This document shows, one piece after another, positions 48,129 through 58,557 of a stretch of 64,000 nucleotides of DNA; the stretch's first letter is position 1, and every line of letters begins with the position of its first letter. The notes under the pieces are model-generated. The model saw only the letters and a list, made by a program, of their open reading frames with translations, did not search any database and was not told the origin of the DNA. The position numbers were made by a program, and so were the translations under genes. Location: NCBI GenBank assembly GCA_965216755.1, contig CBDCGL010000011.1, forward strand, positions 3,488,001 to 3,552,000, read 5' to 3'. The stretch comes from Alphaproteobacteria bacterium. GTDB lineage: Bacteria > Pseudomonadota > Alphaproteobacteria > UBA7887.

Positions 48129-48662
48129 ATGGATGACATCTGGATCTTTGCCTATGGTTCGCTGATGTGGCGGCCCGACTTTCCATTCGTCGCGCGCCGC
48201 GCCGCGCTGTTACACGGTTACCACCGCGCGTTTTGCATCTATTCGACCCTCTATCGCGGCACGCCGGAAACGCCGGGGTTGGTCTTGGGATTGAATTTTG
48301 GAGGTTCGTGCCGCGGCTGTGTTTATCGTGTTCGCGGCCGTGATGCCACGGCGGTGATCGACTATTTGGATGCGCGCGAGTTGGTCTACGGCGTCTATGA
48401 GCGGCGCACCGTGCCCTTGACATTGGATTGCGGGCGCGTTGCCGCCACGGCTTATGTCGTTAACCGCGCCAACCCGCAATATGCCGGTGATTTGCCGTTG
48501 GACGAGACTGTAGCTCTAATTTTGCAGGGGCACGGTCAAAGCGGTGCTTGTAAAGATTATTTGGAAAGCACGGTCAGGCATCTGGATGAAATGGGCATTC
48601 CCGATAAACCATTGCATCATTTATGGAGGGCCGTGAAAATAGCGAAATCAAGCGCGGACTAA
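48129..48662 (+). CDS. chaC: ChaC-family gamma-glutamylcyclotransferase
   Basis: WIFAYGSLMW.P, YRGTPETPGLVLGL, YLDARE, G.SG...DYL. Confidence 0.92.
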   Translation: MDDIWIFAYGSLMWRPDFPFVARRAALLHGYHRAFCIYSTLYRGTPETPGLVLGLNFGGSCRGCVYRVRGRDATAVIDYLDARELVYGVYERRTVPLTLDCGRVAATAYVVNRANPQYAGDLPLDETVALILQGHGQSGACKDYLESTVRHLDEMGIPDKPLHHLWRAVKIAKSSAD

Positions 48663-49078
48663 TTGAAGAATCTCAGTCTATTATCAATGTTCACACGGTC
48701 ATAGAGCGATGTCTCAAGGGCGGTAATATGGATTGTTTGGGAATTATTTAAGAGCATGAATAAGATAAGCGTCGTCACTATAAGAATAAACTTTGACATA
48801 TTGTATTTCTATGTTGTTTCCATCAGAAGTCGATAAATATGATTATATCGCGATATCGCTTCGTGGTTTTTTCCTGATCATCATGGGAATTCACCTGAGT
48901 GTATGGAAATATGTGAAATCCTATAGAGAATGAATGTATTTCCAACAAAATCTATCGAAGTAAATATTAGTTATGTCATTGATATCTGAAATGACCATGG
49001 GAGAAGAGAAGTATCTTACGATACGCGAAAGAGACGCACACGGTTTCCCGTAGATATTATTGTTTCAAACAGGCGTTT
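48663..49078. other. AT-rich insert between convergent chaC and nrdJ
   Basis: About 415 nt at roughly one-third GC (15/60 GC in 48781-48840) against about 63% in the flanks. Confidence 0.7.
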
Positions 49079-51433
49079 CTATTCGCAACGCGAATAGCCG
49101 CAGGCGGTGCAGCTGTCGCAACCTTCGACGCGGATCAAAGCCGGTGCGCCGCATCGCGGACAACCACGTTGTCGCCGCGTTCGGGGCTGTATGTCGGACG
49201 TTTCGGGGTCCGACCCGGGCGCGTCGTCGCCGATCAATGTGAGGGCCGGTGTCGACCCTTGCGGTAGAAACCCGGTGCTGATCATGTGTTGTTCGATAAC
49301 ATCGCCGATCGCGGCCAACAGGGACGGCACATAGCGCCCGGCCACCCATTGGCCGCCGCGCGGATCGAACACGGCCTTGAGTTCATCGACGACAAACGAC
49401 ACATCGCCCCCGCGGCGGAACACCGCACTGATCATCCGGGTCAGCGCCAACGTCCAGGCATAGTGTTCCATGTTCTTCGAATTGATGAAGATTTCGAACG
49501 GGCGCCGACGGCCGTCCTGGATGATGTCGTTGATGGTGATATAGATGGCGTGATCGCTGTCCGGCCAGCGCACTTTGTAGGTCGAGCCAGGCAAGGATTC
49601 GGGGCGTTCCAGCGGCTGCGTCATGTAAACGACACCGCCGGCGTCATATTCGTCCGCCGGCCGTGCGTCGCCGGGCCCCAGCGGCAATTCGACTTGCCGG
49701 CCGGCTTCGCGGGCCACGTCCGCAGCCGCGCCATCCGCGTCGGTTTCCAAGACCGCGCCGGTGATGCTGTTGGGCCGAAACGTCGTGCAACCCTTGCAAC
49801 CCATATCATACGCCTGTTCGTAGACAGACTTGAAATCATCAAAAGTGATTTCTTCGGCGCAATTGATGGTTTTGGAGATCGAGCTATCGATATGGCGCTG
49901 GGCGGCGGCCTGCATGACCAGATGATCGCGCGGCGTAAGGCTTTGTGCGTCGATAAAATAGTCGGGCAGGGGTGTATCGGCACCATGCTGGCCGCGAAAC
50001 AGCCGGTATGCGTAGTCGGAAACCTCCTCCGACCGGGTCGTGCCATCGGGCATCAAAACATTGCGCCGATAGGCGAAGCTAAACACCGGTTCGATGCCGG
50101 ACGAAACATTGTCGGCCATCAGAGAAATTGTTCCGGTCGGCGCGATCGAGGTCAGCAACGCGTTGCGGATGCCGGATTTGGCGATGGCCGCGCGGACATC
50201 GTCGTCGAGCGCCGCGACCGTTTCGCCGGCCAAATACGGATCGCGTTGATAAAGCGGAAAGGCGCCTTTTTCGGCCGCCAAAGCTGCCGCCGTCAGATAG
50301 GCCGCGCGACGAATCCGCGCCAGCCAGCTCTCGGTCAGGCGCACAGCCTTGGCGCCGCCATAGCGTGCGCAACACATGATCAAGGCATCGGCCAGCCCGG
50401 TGACGCCCAGCCCAATACGACGCTTGGCGCGGGCTTCCTCAGCCTGCGCCGGTAGCGGATAGCCGGACACATCGATGGCGTCGTCCAGCATGCGCACGGC
50501 GGTCGCGGTCAGACCATCAAGCGCCGTTTCATCGATTGTGGCTTGGTCGGTGAAAGGTTGCTGCACCAGCCGCGCCAGATTGATTGAACCTAGGAGACAG
50601 GCGCCGTAGGGCGGCAATGGTTGCTCGCCACAGGGGTTCGTGGCGCTGATGGCTTCCACGTAGGCCAGGTTGTTACGCGCATTGACCCGGTCGATGAATA
50701 TCACGCCCGGTTCGGCATACGCATATGTGGCGCGCATGATCTTGTCCCACAGCCCGCGCGCCGAAACGGTCTTGTAAGTGACGTCATCGAACACCAAGTC
50801 CCACGGCGCGTCGCGCTTGACCGCGTCCATCAACGCGTCGGTGACCAGAACCGACAGATTGAACATCCGTAATTGGCCGGGTTCACGCTTGGCGTCGATA
50901 AACGCCTCGATATCCGGATGGTCGCAGCGCAAGGTGCCCATCATCGCACCACGCCGGTGGCCGGCGCTCATGATTGTCCGGCACATGCCGTCCCAGACAT
51001 TCATGAACGAGATCGGTCCGGACGCATCGGCACCGACGCCGCGCACGGGCGCGCCCAATGGCCGCAGCGTGGAAAAATCGTGGCCGATGCCGCCGCCCTG
51101 CTGCATGGTTAACGCGGCTTCCTTCAGCGAGTCGAAAATGCCCGCCATATCGTCGGCGATGGCGCCCATGACAAAGCAATTGAACAGCGTCACGGCCCGA
51201 CCGCTGCCGGCGCCGGCGACAATACGCCCGGCCGGCAAAAACTTGAAATCAGCGAGCGCCCGGTAAAAGCGTTCCGCCCACGGGGCCGGCGTCGTTTCAG
51301 GCGCCGCCAGCGCATGTGCGACGCGCCGCCAAGTGTCTTCCAGGGACTTGTCGACGACACTGCCGTCGGCCGCCTTCAGGCGGTACTTCATGTCCCAAAT
51401 TTGGCGCGCGAACGGCGTCACGCTGGTGGTCAT
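49079..51433 (-). CDS. nrdJ: Adenosylcobalamin-dependent (class II) ribonucleotide reductase
   Basis: PAGRI, TLFNCFV, GGGIG.DFS, TNPCGEQPL, IAPTGTIS, SKTIN, KGCTTFR; C-terminal CPRC...EGCDSCTACGYSRC. Confidence 0.95.
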   Translation of the reverse strand: MTTSVTPFARQIWDMKYRLKAADGSVVDKSLEDTWRRVAHALAAPETTPAPWAERFYRALADFKFLPAGRIVAGAGSGRAVTLFNCFVMGAIADDMAGIFDSLKEAALTMQQGGGIGHDFSTLRPLGAPVRGVGADASGPISFMNVWDGMCRTIMSAGHRRGAMMGTLRCDHPDIEAFIDAKREPGQLRMFNLSVLVTDALMDAVKRDAPWDLVFDDVTYKTVSARGLWDKIMRATYAYAEPGVIFIDRVNARNNLAYVEAISATNPCGEQPLPPYGACLLGSINLARLVQQPFTDQATIDETALDGLTATAVRMLDDAIDVSGYPLPAQAEEARAKRRIGLGVTGLADALIMCCARYGGAKAVRLTESWLARIRRAAYLTAAALAAEKGAFPLYQRDPYLAGETVAALDDDVRAAIAKSGIRNALLTSIAPTGTISLMADNVSSGIEPVFSFAYRRNVLMPDGTTRSEEVSDYAYRLFRGQHGADTPLPDYFIDAQSLTPRDHLVMQAAAQRHIDSSISKTINCAEEITFDDFKSVYEQAYDMGCKGCTTFRPNSITGAVLETDADGAAADVAREAGRQVELPLGPGDARPADEYDAGGVVYMTQPLERPESLPGSTYKVRWPDSDHAIYITINDIIQDGRRRPFEIFINSKNMEHYAWTLALTRMISAVFRRGGDVSFVVDELKAVFDPRGGQWVAGRYVPSLLAAIGDVIEQHMISTGFLPQGSTPALTLIGDDAPGSDPETSDIQPRTRRQRGCPRCGAPALIRVEGCDSCTACGYSRCE

Positions 51434-51504
51434 TTGCGGGTCCGATTTCGTCTGCTTCCAGGGGCGCAGACTCTAGGCCTCGCCGGTCCTATGGTCAATC
51501 TTTT

Positions 51505-51519
51505 GTTCTTTTTTTGTTC
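51505..51519. promoter_or_regulatory. Alphaproteobacterial LexA (SOS) box
   Basis: GTTC-TTTTTTT-GTTC, an exact GTTC-N7-GTTC match, 72 nt upstream of the nrdJ start. Confidence 0.6.
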
Positions 51520-51537
51520 TGTCGTCCGTCGGTGCTG

Positions 51538-52413
51538 TTAGAGCCGCTGTGTGGCCGCGTATTTCCAGTAAAGTTCGCGGGCGCGCGTGTAGAGCGGGCC
51601 GGGTTGCAAATCGCGATCTTCGACCCGCGTCACCGGCATGACCTTGCCCAGATTTCCAGTGCTGAACACTTCATCCGCACGCAACACATCGTCGACCGAC
51701 ATGGTCACTTCACGCACCGGCACGCCGTCGGCGCGCAACAAATCCATCACTCTGTGTTTGGTGATGCCGTCTAGAAACGTACCGTTGGGCGCCGGCGTCA
51801 GCGCTTCGCCGTCGCGCGCGATCCACAGGTTCGAACTGGCGAACTCGACCACATTGTCGGCGCCGTCACGCATGATGGCGTTGTCGTAGCCGCGCGCCGC
51901 CGCGGCGCGAATGGCATGACCGCTGGTGGCATACAGGCTTGACGCCTTGGCCGCGGTCGGCGCCATGTCCGGCGTCGGTCGACGATAGGCGCTCACCATT
52001 ACCGAAAGCCCGGTTGGTGCGGGCATTGGGCATTCGAAAATGGCGAGCACGAACCGGGCCACGCCTTCGGGCAACAGGAAGCCGTCTTCCGCATACAGAG
52101 CCGGGCGAATATAAAGCGGTGTGCCGGCGGGAAAACGGCGCACGCCATCTCGGGCCAAGGCTTCGACTTCGGCCGCCGTGATCGGCGTCGACAACACCAT
52201 CACTTCGGCCGAGTGCAGCAAACGTTGGCAATGCCGGTCGAGATCAGGGACCAAGCCGTCGAAGGCGCGGGCGCCATCGAACACAGTCGTCCCATGCATG
52301 AACGACTGGGTCATCGGGCCCATAATCGGGGGACTGCCGTTGTGCCAGCTGCCGTCGAAATATGTGACGACTTTCATGGAGGCGCCTTGCGGGCGGGAAT
52401 GTGGATCGCTCAT
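51538..52413 (-). CDS. Branched-chain amino acid aminotransferase (class IV PLP)
   Basis: VFDGARAF, HCQRL, LYIRP, AKASSLY, EFASSN, FLDGIT, EVFSTGN; start may be 52377. Confidence 0.9.
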   Translation of the reverse strand: MSDPHSRPQGASMKVVTYFDGSWHNGSPPIMGPMTQSFMHGTTVFDGARAFDGLVPDLDRHCQRLLHSAEVMVLSTPITAAEVEALARDGVRRFPAGTPLYIRPALYAEDGFLLPEGVARFVLAIFECPMPAPTGLSVMVSAYRRPTPDMAPTAAKASSLYATSGHAIRAAAARGYDNAIMRDGADNVVEFASSNLWIARDGEALTPAPNGTFLDGITKHRVMDLLRADGVPVREVTMSVDDVLRADEVFSTGNLGKVMPVTRVEDRDLQPGPLYTRARELYWKYAATQRL

Positions 52414-52517
52414 GGACGCGGACCGATCGACTCTAGGATTTTGATTGATGGCGCATGCAGCATAAGCGAGGCGCGCACCACCGAAAACAGATGTCGCGTC
52501 GGCGACAGCGGAAATCA

Positions 52518-53609
52518 ATGGCACAAACTGGCCGTCCTGTCGTGACCCGCCTCGCCGACTTCGCGGTTTACGGGTTGCGCTGTCTTCCGCCAGAGGTTGC
52601 CCATCGCTTGGCGGTCCGTGCATTGCGCCATGGCTGGGGACCGCGCGCGGATGATGACGACCCGGCGTTGGCAGTCAATTTGTGGGGTTTGCGGTTTCCC
52701 AATCCGATCGGGATGGCCGCCGGATTCGACAAGAATGCGGAAGCCGCCGACGGGCTGTTGCGGGCGGGATTCGGTTTTGTCGAGGTCGGGACGGTGACGC
52801 CGCGGCCGCAAACTGGCAATCCGCGGCCGCGCTTGTTCCGATTGCCGGCGGATCAAGCTTTGATCAACCGGCTCGGGTTCAACAATGACGGGGCTGAAGC
52901 CGTGGCGGCGCGTTTGGCGCGGCGGCCGCGCCAAGGCGTTTTGGGCGTCAACATCGGCGCCAACCGCGATAGCGCGGACCGCGCCGCCGACTACGCCACC
53001 GGGTTTACCGCTTTGGCCCGGTTCGCCGATTATGTGGTGATCAACGTATCGTCGCCGAACACACCCGGCTTGCGTGGTCTGCAAGCCAAGGACCAACTGG
53101 AGACATTAATCTCGGCGCTGCTGGCGATGCGTGGCGACCGCCAGCCGCTGTTGGTCAAGATTGCGCCGGATCTGGACGATCAGGCGCGCGCCGATATCGC
53201 CGCTGTCGCGCTGGACCATCACATTGACGGCCTGATCATTGCCAATACCACAGCCGCCCGGCCGCCGGGCCTGCGCAGCAGCGCCCGCGACCAGGACGGC
53301 GGTCTCAGCGGCCGGCCGTTGTTGGCGCCTTCGACGGCGCTGCTGGCTGACATGCGTCGTCGTACGGGCGGCCAAATTCCGTTGATTGGCGTCGGCGGCA
53401 TTGCCAGTGCAGCCGATGCCTACGCCAAGATTCGCGCCGGCGCATCTTTGGTTCAACTGTACACGGCCCTCATTTATCAAGGTCTTGGATTGGTTGCGGC
53501 CATCAAACGCGGGCTTGCGACGCGGCTACGGGCGGACGGCTTCGGGACCATTGGCGCCGCAGTCGGCGCCGATGTGCCGCTGCCGCAAGATCATCGCGCG
53601 GGTCATTAA
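52518..53609 (+). CDS. pyrD: Quinone-dependent dihydroorotate dehydrogenase
   Basis: PEVAH, AAGFDKN, GNPRPRLFR, INRLGFNN, NVSSPNTPGLR, KIAPD, GGLSG. Confidence 0.95.
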   Translation: MAQTGRPVVTRLADFAVYGLRCLPPEVAHRLAVRALRHGWGPRADDDDPALAVNLWGLRFPNPIGMAAGFDKNAEAADGLLRAGFGFVEVGTVTPRPQTGNPRPRLFRLPADQALINRLGFNNDGAEAVAARLARRPRQGVLGVNIGANRDSADRAADYATGFTALARFADYVVINVSSPNTPGLRGLQAKDQLETLISALLAMRGDRQPLLVKIAPDLDDQARADIAAVALDHHIDGLIIANTTAARPPGLRSSARDQDGGLSGRPLLAPSTALLADMRRRTGGQIPLIGVGGIASAADAYAKIRAGASLVQLYTALIYQGLGLVAAIKRGLATRLRADGFGTIGAAVGADVPLPQDHRAGH

Positions 53610-53624
53610 CGGTCTTTCAAGACG

Positions 53625-55049
53625 TTGATTCCACTCTGTCTTTCATCGCCGGATGTGCGCTCTGGCGTGACCGTGAGTCCGTTTCGCTTTTTTGACACCC
53701 ATTATGTCATCGTGATCCAAAGCCTCATCATTGCCGGTGCTCTCGCCCTAGGCGCGGCCGCGGCCAGCGTGTCGATCTTTGTCGTGCCTGCCACGAGCAT
53801 TGCGCCACTGGCTTTCGGTATCAGCGTGACGCTCGCCGGCGCCTTGATCGCCCAATCGCTTGGCCATCGGTACCGGGCCCGCCATATGGCTGCCCGCCTG
53901 AATCACTTGGGCGTCGAAGTCAAGAAAACCACGACCAAGCTTAGCGCGTTGCGCAGTGCGTTTGACGAGTTGATGGCGGACTATGAAGCAGCGCGCAGCC
54001 GTGAAACGGAGCATGCCAGCGAACTGCGCGAACTCGGGCGATTGGTTGGTCAGATGGCGCAAGCCGGTCAACCCCGCGCCGGCGCGGTCAAGGCGCAACA
54101 GGCTGGCGCTCTGCCGGCGCGGGCGACCCCTTACGGTCCGCGCTCTGGTCTTCGCGCAGGATCACAAAGCATGGCGAACGAGACAACGACGGTCGCAGCG
54201 CCACAGGCGCCGCCACTGTTGCCGGGCGCCACGGTCGGTATTTTGTCGCTGCCATCGGCGCCGCAACCCGTGATCGAATTGCCGCCCGCCGAACGTCTGT
54301 CCGAGCCGGTACCCGAAGACGCCGATCAAGTCGAGCGCATTCGTGAAGCTCTGTTGCGCCATCGCATCGATCTTTTCGTCCAGCCGGTCGTGCGTCTGCC
54401 CAATCGCCGGGTCGCGTTTTACGAGGCCTATTCGCGGTTGCGCGCGCGTGACGGGTCGCCGATTCTGCCCGAGGCGTTCATCGATCTGGCCGAAACCACA
54501 GGACTGATTACCGATATCGACAATATGCTGCTGTTCCAATGCGTGGAACAAATCCGCCGTGATGTGGAACAGGGTGTCGACGGCTGTTACTGCTGCAACA
54601 TTTCCGCGCGGACCTTGGCCGACAACGCCTTCTTCCCGCAATTCGTCGCGTACCTCTTGGCCAATGAATCGCTATCGGAGGCGTTGCTGTTCGAACTGCC
54701 CGAGCATGACTTGGGGCGATTGTCCGAGCGGGCGGCCCATCAGTTGCGCCGTTTGACCGCGGCACGCTATGGCTTTGTGCTCGATCATGTGACCGCACCA
54801 AAGTTGGATCCGGAAGCTTTGGCCGGCGCGCGTTTCTGTTATGTCAAAGTCGACGCGGCGCTGCTGCTACCGGAAATTGGGGCCGAACCGGCGGTCGATG
54901 TCCGCTATCTCAAGGAAGAACTGGACATCCGCGGCATCGGGCTGATTGTCGAAAAAATCGAAAGCGAGCAAATGCTGCTCGATCTGCTCGATTTCGACAT
55001 TGACTATGGCCAGGGCTATCTGTTTGGTGAGCCGCGCCGCAGCCGCTAA
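53625..55049 (+). CDS. Membrane-anchored degenerate EAL protein (TipF-like architecture)
   Basis: Two N-terminal TMs, coiled coil, QPVVRLP.R, YEAYSRL, CNIS, LDHV (no DDFG), YVKVD, GQGYLFGEP; start uncertain. Confidence 0.75.
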   Translation: MIPLCLSSPDVRSGVTVSPFRFFDTHYVIVIQSLIIAGALALGAAAASVSIFVVPATSIAPLAFGISVTLAGALIAQSLGHRYRARHMAARLNHLGVEVKKTTTKLSALRSAFDELMADYEAARSRETEHASELRELGRLVGQMAQAGQPRAGAVKAQQAGALPARATPYGPRSGLRAGSQSMANETTTVAAPQAPPLLPGATVGILSLPSAPQPVIELPPAERLSEPVPEDADQVERIREALLRHRIDLFVQPVVRLPNRRVAFYEAYSRLRARDGSPILPEAFIDLAETTGLITDIDNMLLFQCVEQIRRDVEQGVDGCYCCNISARTLADNAFFPQFVAYLLANESLSEALLFELPEHDLGRLSERAAHQLRRLTAARYGFVLDHVTAPKLDPEALAGARFCYVKVDAALLLPEIGAEPAVDVRYLKEELDIRGIGLIVEKIESEQMLLDLLDFDIDYGQGYLFGEPRRSR

Positions 55050-55067
55050 CACCTCTCGTTCCTAGCC

Positions 55068-55982
55068 ATGAATACGCCGATGAATGCGACAGTTGCCGCT
55101 TCCATAAGCCTGCATGCCGATGTGGCGTCGTTTGCCGATCGTTATGATGGTTTCATCGTTGATATCTGGGGCGTGGTGATGGACGGCCAACAGCCTTATC
55201 CGCGCGCCCGCGACTGTCTGCGTGCATTGCGCGCGATAGACAAGCAGGTGGTGCTGTTGTCGAACGCCCCGCGCCGATCGGCGAAAGTGGCGGCGCGGCT
55301 GCGGTCGATCGGCGTCGGTGATGACTGCTATGACCACATAATTTCGTCGGGTGAGGCAACCCGCGCGGCCATCGCTACCGGTTCGGTGGTGGGTCTCGGG
55401 TCGCGCTTTGTGTTTCTCGGCCTGGATGACGATGGAGACTTGCTCGACGGCCTGGATTATCAGCGGGTCGATACACCTGCGGCCGCCGATTTTTTGCTGT
55501 TGACTGGGCCCAACGCCGACCACGACCGCGACGGCGATCTGGGGCACTATCAGCCCTTGTTAGACGAAACCTTGACGGCTGGTTTGCCCCTGGTGTGCGC
55601 CAACCCGGATCATATCGTGGTGCGGCGCACCGGCGCGCGAATCATGTGCGCCGGCGCCATCGCCGCCCGTTACGAAGAGATGGGTGGTCAGGTGCATTGG
55701 TTCGGGAAGCCCCACGCGCCCGTTTACGACGCGTGTTTCCGCACATTTGGCGCGCTTGATCGGTCGCGAATCCTGGCGCTGGGCGACAATCTGGATACCG
55801 ATATCGCCGGCGCCGCCACGGTCGGCGTGGATACGGCCTTGGTACTCGGCGGTGTTCTCGCCGAGAAACTCGGCATTGCGTGGGGCGAAAATGCCCCCGT
55901 CGACGCCATCGCGCCACTTTGCGCCGCGCGCGGCGTCATGCCCACGCACGCGATACCGGCGTTGTTCTGGCACGCCGAATAA
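55068..55982 (+). CDS. HAD-superfamily class IIA hydrolase
   Basis: DIWGVV, LSNAPR, SSGE, CANPD, GKPH..VY, GDNLDTDIAGA. Confidence 0.92.
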   Translation: MNTPMNATVAASISLHADVASFADRYDGFIVDIWGVVMDGQQPYPRARDCLRALRAIDKQVVLLSNAPRRSAKVAARLRSIGVGDDCYDHIISSGEATRAAIATGSVVGLGSRFVFLGLDDDGDLLDGLDYQRVDTPAAADFLLLTGPNADHDRDGDLGHYQPLLDETLTAGLPLVCANPDHIVVRRTGARIMCAGAIAARYEEMGGQVHWFGKPHAPVYDACFRTFGALDRSRILALGDNLDTDIAGAATVGVDTALVLGGVLAEKLGIAWGENAPVDAIAPLCAARGVMPTHAIPALFWHAE

Positions 55983-56043
55983 ACTTATGAGCCCACGAAT
56001 TATGGGTAAGCTATCGGATGCAGCACGATGCTGGATGCGGGTG

Positions 56044-58557
56044 CTATGACGCGGTCGCGGTACCGCTTTCCGTGACTGCCGGCGCCAGGGCCGAAATCGG
56101 GCCGCGCAGGTGAACATCACGCTGCGGGAATGGGATCTCGATATTGTTGGCACGAAACACCGCGTCGATTGCGCTGTTTAACGCGCTGCGCGTGCGCAAG
56201 CTCATCAGCGCATCGGGAATATAGGCGTGGAGAACAAAGCTCAAAGCGCTATCACCGAATCCCAAGAAAAAGGCGGCCGGTTCGGGTCGCCGCAAGACGG
56301 CGGGCGTGTCGTGCGCGCACGACACAAGTAGTTCTTTAACGCGCGCGATGTCGCTGCCGTAGGCGACGCCGATCGGAATATCGAGCCGCGCCTGGCGGTC
56401 TTTCAGGGTCCAATTCATGACCGTTCCGGAAATCAACTCGGAATTGGGAATGATCACCGAGGCGCGCTGCCAGGTGACAATTTCGGTCGCGCGCACACTG
56501 ATCCGTTTGATCAAGCCTTCTTGATCGCCGACGACCACCCAGTCGCCAACCTTGATCGGTCGCTCGATCAGCAAAATCAAGCCGGAGACGAAGTTGTTGA
56601 CCACATTCTGCAAGCCGAAGCCGATGCCCACCGACAACGCACCTGCGATGATGGCGAAGTTTTCAAAACTGACCCCGAGCGATGATGTTGCGACCAATGC
56701 CGCGACAACAAATCCGAAATATCCGAACCCGGTGCGGATTGCGTTTTGTGCACCCGAATCCAGGCCGGTTTGCGGCAACAGGCGGCGTTCCAACAGACGC
56801 TGTATGATCCGGGTGCCGACAACAAAGGCCAAGAATACCAACCCGGCATAGGCAATCGCGGCCAACGAGATATGCGTTTCACCAATCGTGAAGCCGAATA
56901 GGGCCGTGTCCAACGCCCGCTTTAGATCCTCAGGTGCGACACCCCAAATCACCAGGGCGCCGAGTCCACCGACGACCAGCAGGGTCGTATCGATCGCCGT
57001 GACCAACCAAAACGCTGCCCGTTGTCGTTTTTCCGCACGCGGCAGCAGGGTTGAGCGAACCAGCCGCAGATGATCCGATTGCGACGTCATCAGACCGTGG
57101 GTCATCTCGCGCATCAATTGGTGGACGGTCCACAATGCCATCACCAACGCTGCTGACAAGACCAGGCTGTAAAACAGCCAATTGGCCAATGCCTTGAAAC
57201 CCGCCGCGACAATCAACGGATTACACAACACCAGGGCCACGGCGGCGAAACGCAGGATCCGCCACCAGCCCCAGCCGCCAGCGTCGTCCTCGGCATGTTC
57301 GGCGTCCGTTTTGGGCGCGGAATCCGGCCAGAAACGACGCGCCAACAAAGGCAACAACGCCAACGCCACCACCACGCGCAGAAGGAAATCCGAGATTGTG
57401 GTGATCTCAGCTGGGATCCGCAGTTCGGGCGCCGCATAGTGGAGAAACAGAGCGATACCGAGCAAGACGCCGAACCAACGCAAGCGACGATGAAAGGCAC
57501 GCGCATCGTGATCCGCCAAATTGACAAACAGCCATTGTGCACCGGCGGGCGCGAACACGGCGCGGGCGCCGGCCAGCGCAACGAATACGATGGCGCCGAC
57601 CCCCAGTGCAGTGGCGATAATTCGCAACTCGTGCGGCGTGACAATTTGCATGGCTTTTATGGCCCCAAACACGAACAGTGCGGCCAGCACGGGCATCAAT
57701 CCACGGGCGACCGTGTCGACCAACGCGGCGACAACGCGGCGCAGATAGGAAGGCGTCTCGACGCGTGGGTCCTGTCCGAAATAGCGCGCTAGGGCGCGCC
57801 GCGCCGGCCAGGCCAGAATGATTGCAATCACCAAAGCGCTGAATACTGCCACTGAAATGCGCTCGGTCGGCACGGTCATGCCGATCTCGATGAGTCGCCG
57901 CCCCAATGTCGCCGAAGCGTCCGCGAGCAGTGGCGCCAGCTGGGCAAGTCCGGTGAGCCAGACCCGCGGTAGCAGCAACGACGTGTCGCGGGCGACAAGG
58001 TCCTGTGCGCGGCCGCGCGCGTCCTGCTCAAGTGCGGACCGGCGGATGAGGTCGGCCTTCGCGGTGAGTATGTCGACGCGTTTGACCTGGCTGTCATGAT
58101 ACGCCACCAGTCCCTGGAGTTCATGACGCTGCTCGCTGATGTCCTCTGATTCGCGCGGCTGATCGTCGGCGGGCGGGGCGCCCAACGCCGCCAAGAGAGA
58201 TCGTTGCTGTGTTAAGCGTGCAGCTGCTGCGATGCGCAGCTGCTGCAATTCACTGAGGCGCTTTTGCAGGCGCCGTTTGACACGGCCAAGTGCTGCGGCG
58301 TCGGGGCGGCCGAACTCCAGCAAGGTTGCGATTCTGTCGAGTTCGCTTTCGATCGCCGCAAAGCGCACCGTCACATCATCGCTATCAGACAATGTCGGCT
58401 CGGCTTCAACCGGCGCCGGCACCGTAATCTCGACTTGGGCCGGAGCCTGACTCCAAGCCAGCCGAACGCCGGTTGAGGCAGCCAACTGGGAGACGACAAC
58501 CGCCACGACCAAAACAACAGCATATGACAGGTTTGGCGTTTTCAAGGACATCTCCAT
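56044..58557 (-). CDS. Large MscS/MscK-family mechanosensitive channel
   Basis: Periplasmic coiled coil, many TMs, GALSVGIGFGLQNVVNNFVSGLILLIERPIKVGDW, IPNSELI, IPFPQRD. Confidence 0.92.
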   Translation of the reverse strand: MEMSLKTPNLSYAVVLVVAVVVSQLAASTGVRLAWSQAPAQVEITVPAPVEAEPTLSDSDDVTVRFAAIESELDRIATLLEFGRPDAAALGRVKRRLQKRLSELQQLRIAAAARLTQQRSLLAALGAPPADDQPRESEDISEQRHELQGLVAYHDSQVKRVDILTAKADLIRRSALEQDARGRAQDLVARDTSLLLPRVWLTGLAQLAPLLADASATLGRRLIEIGMTVPTERISVAVFSALVIAIILAWPARRALARYFGQDPRVETPSYLRRVVAALVDTVARGLMPVLAALFVFGAIKAMQIVTPHELRIIATALGVGAIVFVALAGARAVFAPAGAQWLFVNLADHDARAFHRRLRWFGVLLGIALFLHYAAPELRIPAEITTISDFLLRVVVALALLPLLARRFWPDSAPKTDAEHAEDDAGGWGWWRILRFAAVALVLCNPLIVAAGFKALANWLFYSLVLSAALVMALWTVHQLMREMTHGLMTSQSDHLRLVRSTLLPRAEKRQRAAFWLVTAIDTTLLVVGGLGALVIWGVAPEDLKRALDTALFGFTIGETHISLAAIAYAGLVFLAFVVGTRIIQRLLERRLLPQTGLDSGAQNAIRTGFGYFGFVVAALVATSSLGVSFENFAIIAGALSVGIGFGLQNVVNNFVSGLILLIERPIKVGDWVVVGDQEGLIKRISVRATEIVTWQRASVIIPNSELISGTVMNWTLKDRQARLDIPIGVAYGSDIARVKELLVSCAHDTPAVLRRPEPAAFFLGFGDSALSFVLHAYIPDALMSLRTRSALNSAIDAVFRANNIEIPFPQRDVHLRGPISALAPAVTESGTATAS

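Noticed and set aside
49079-51537. Intein in NrdJ or cobalamin riboswitch upstream
   Set aside because: Catalytic motifs are contiguous at normal length, and the 104-nt upstream gap is too short and lacks a B12 box.
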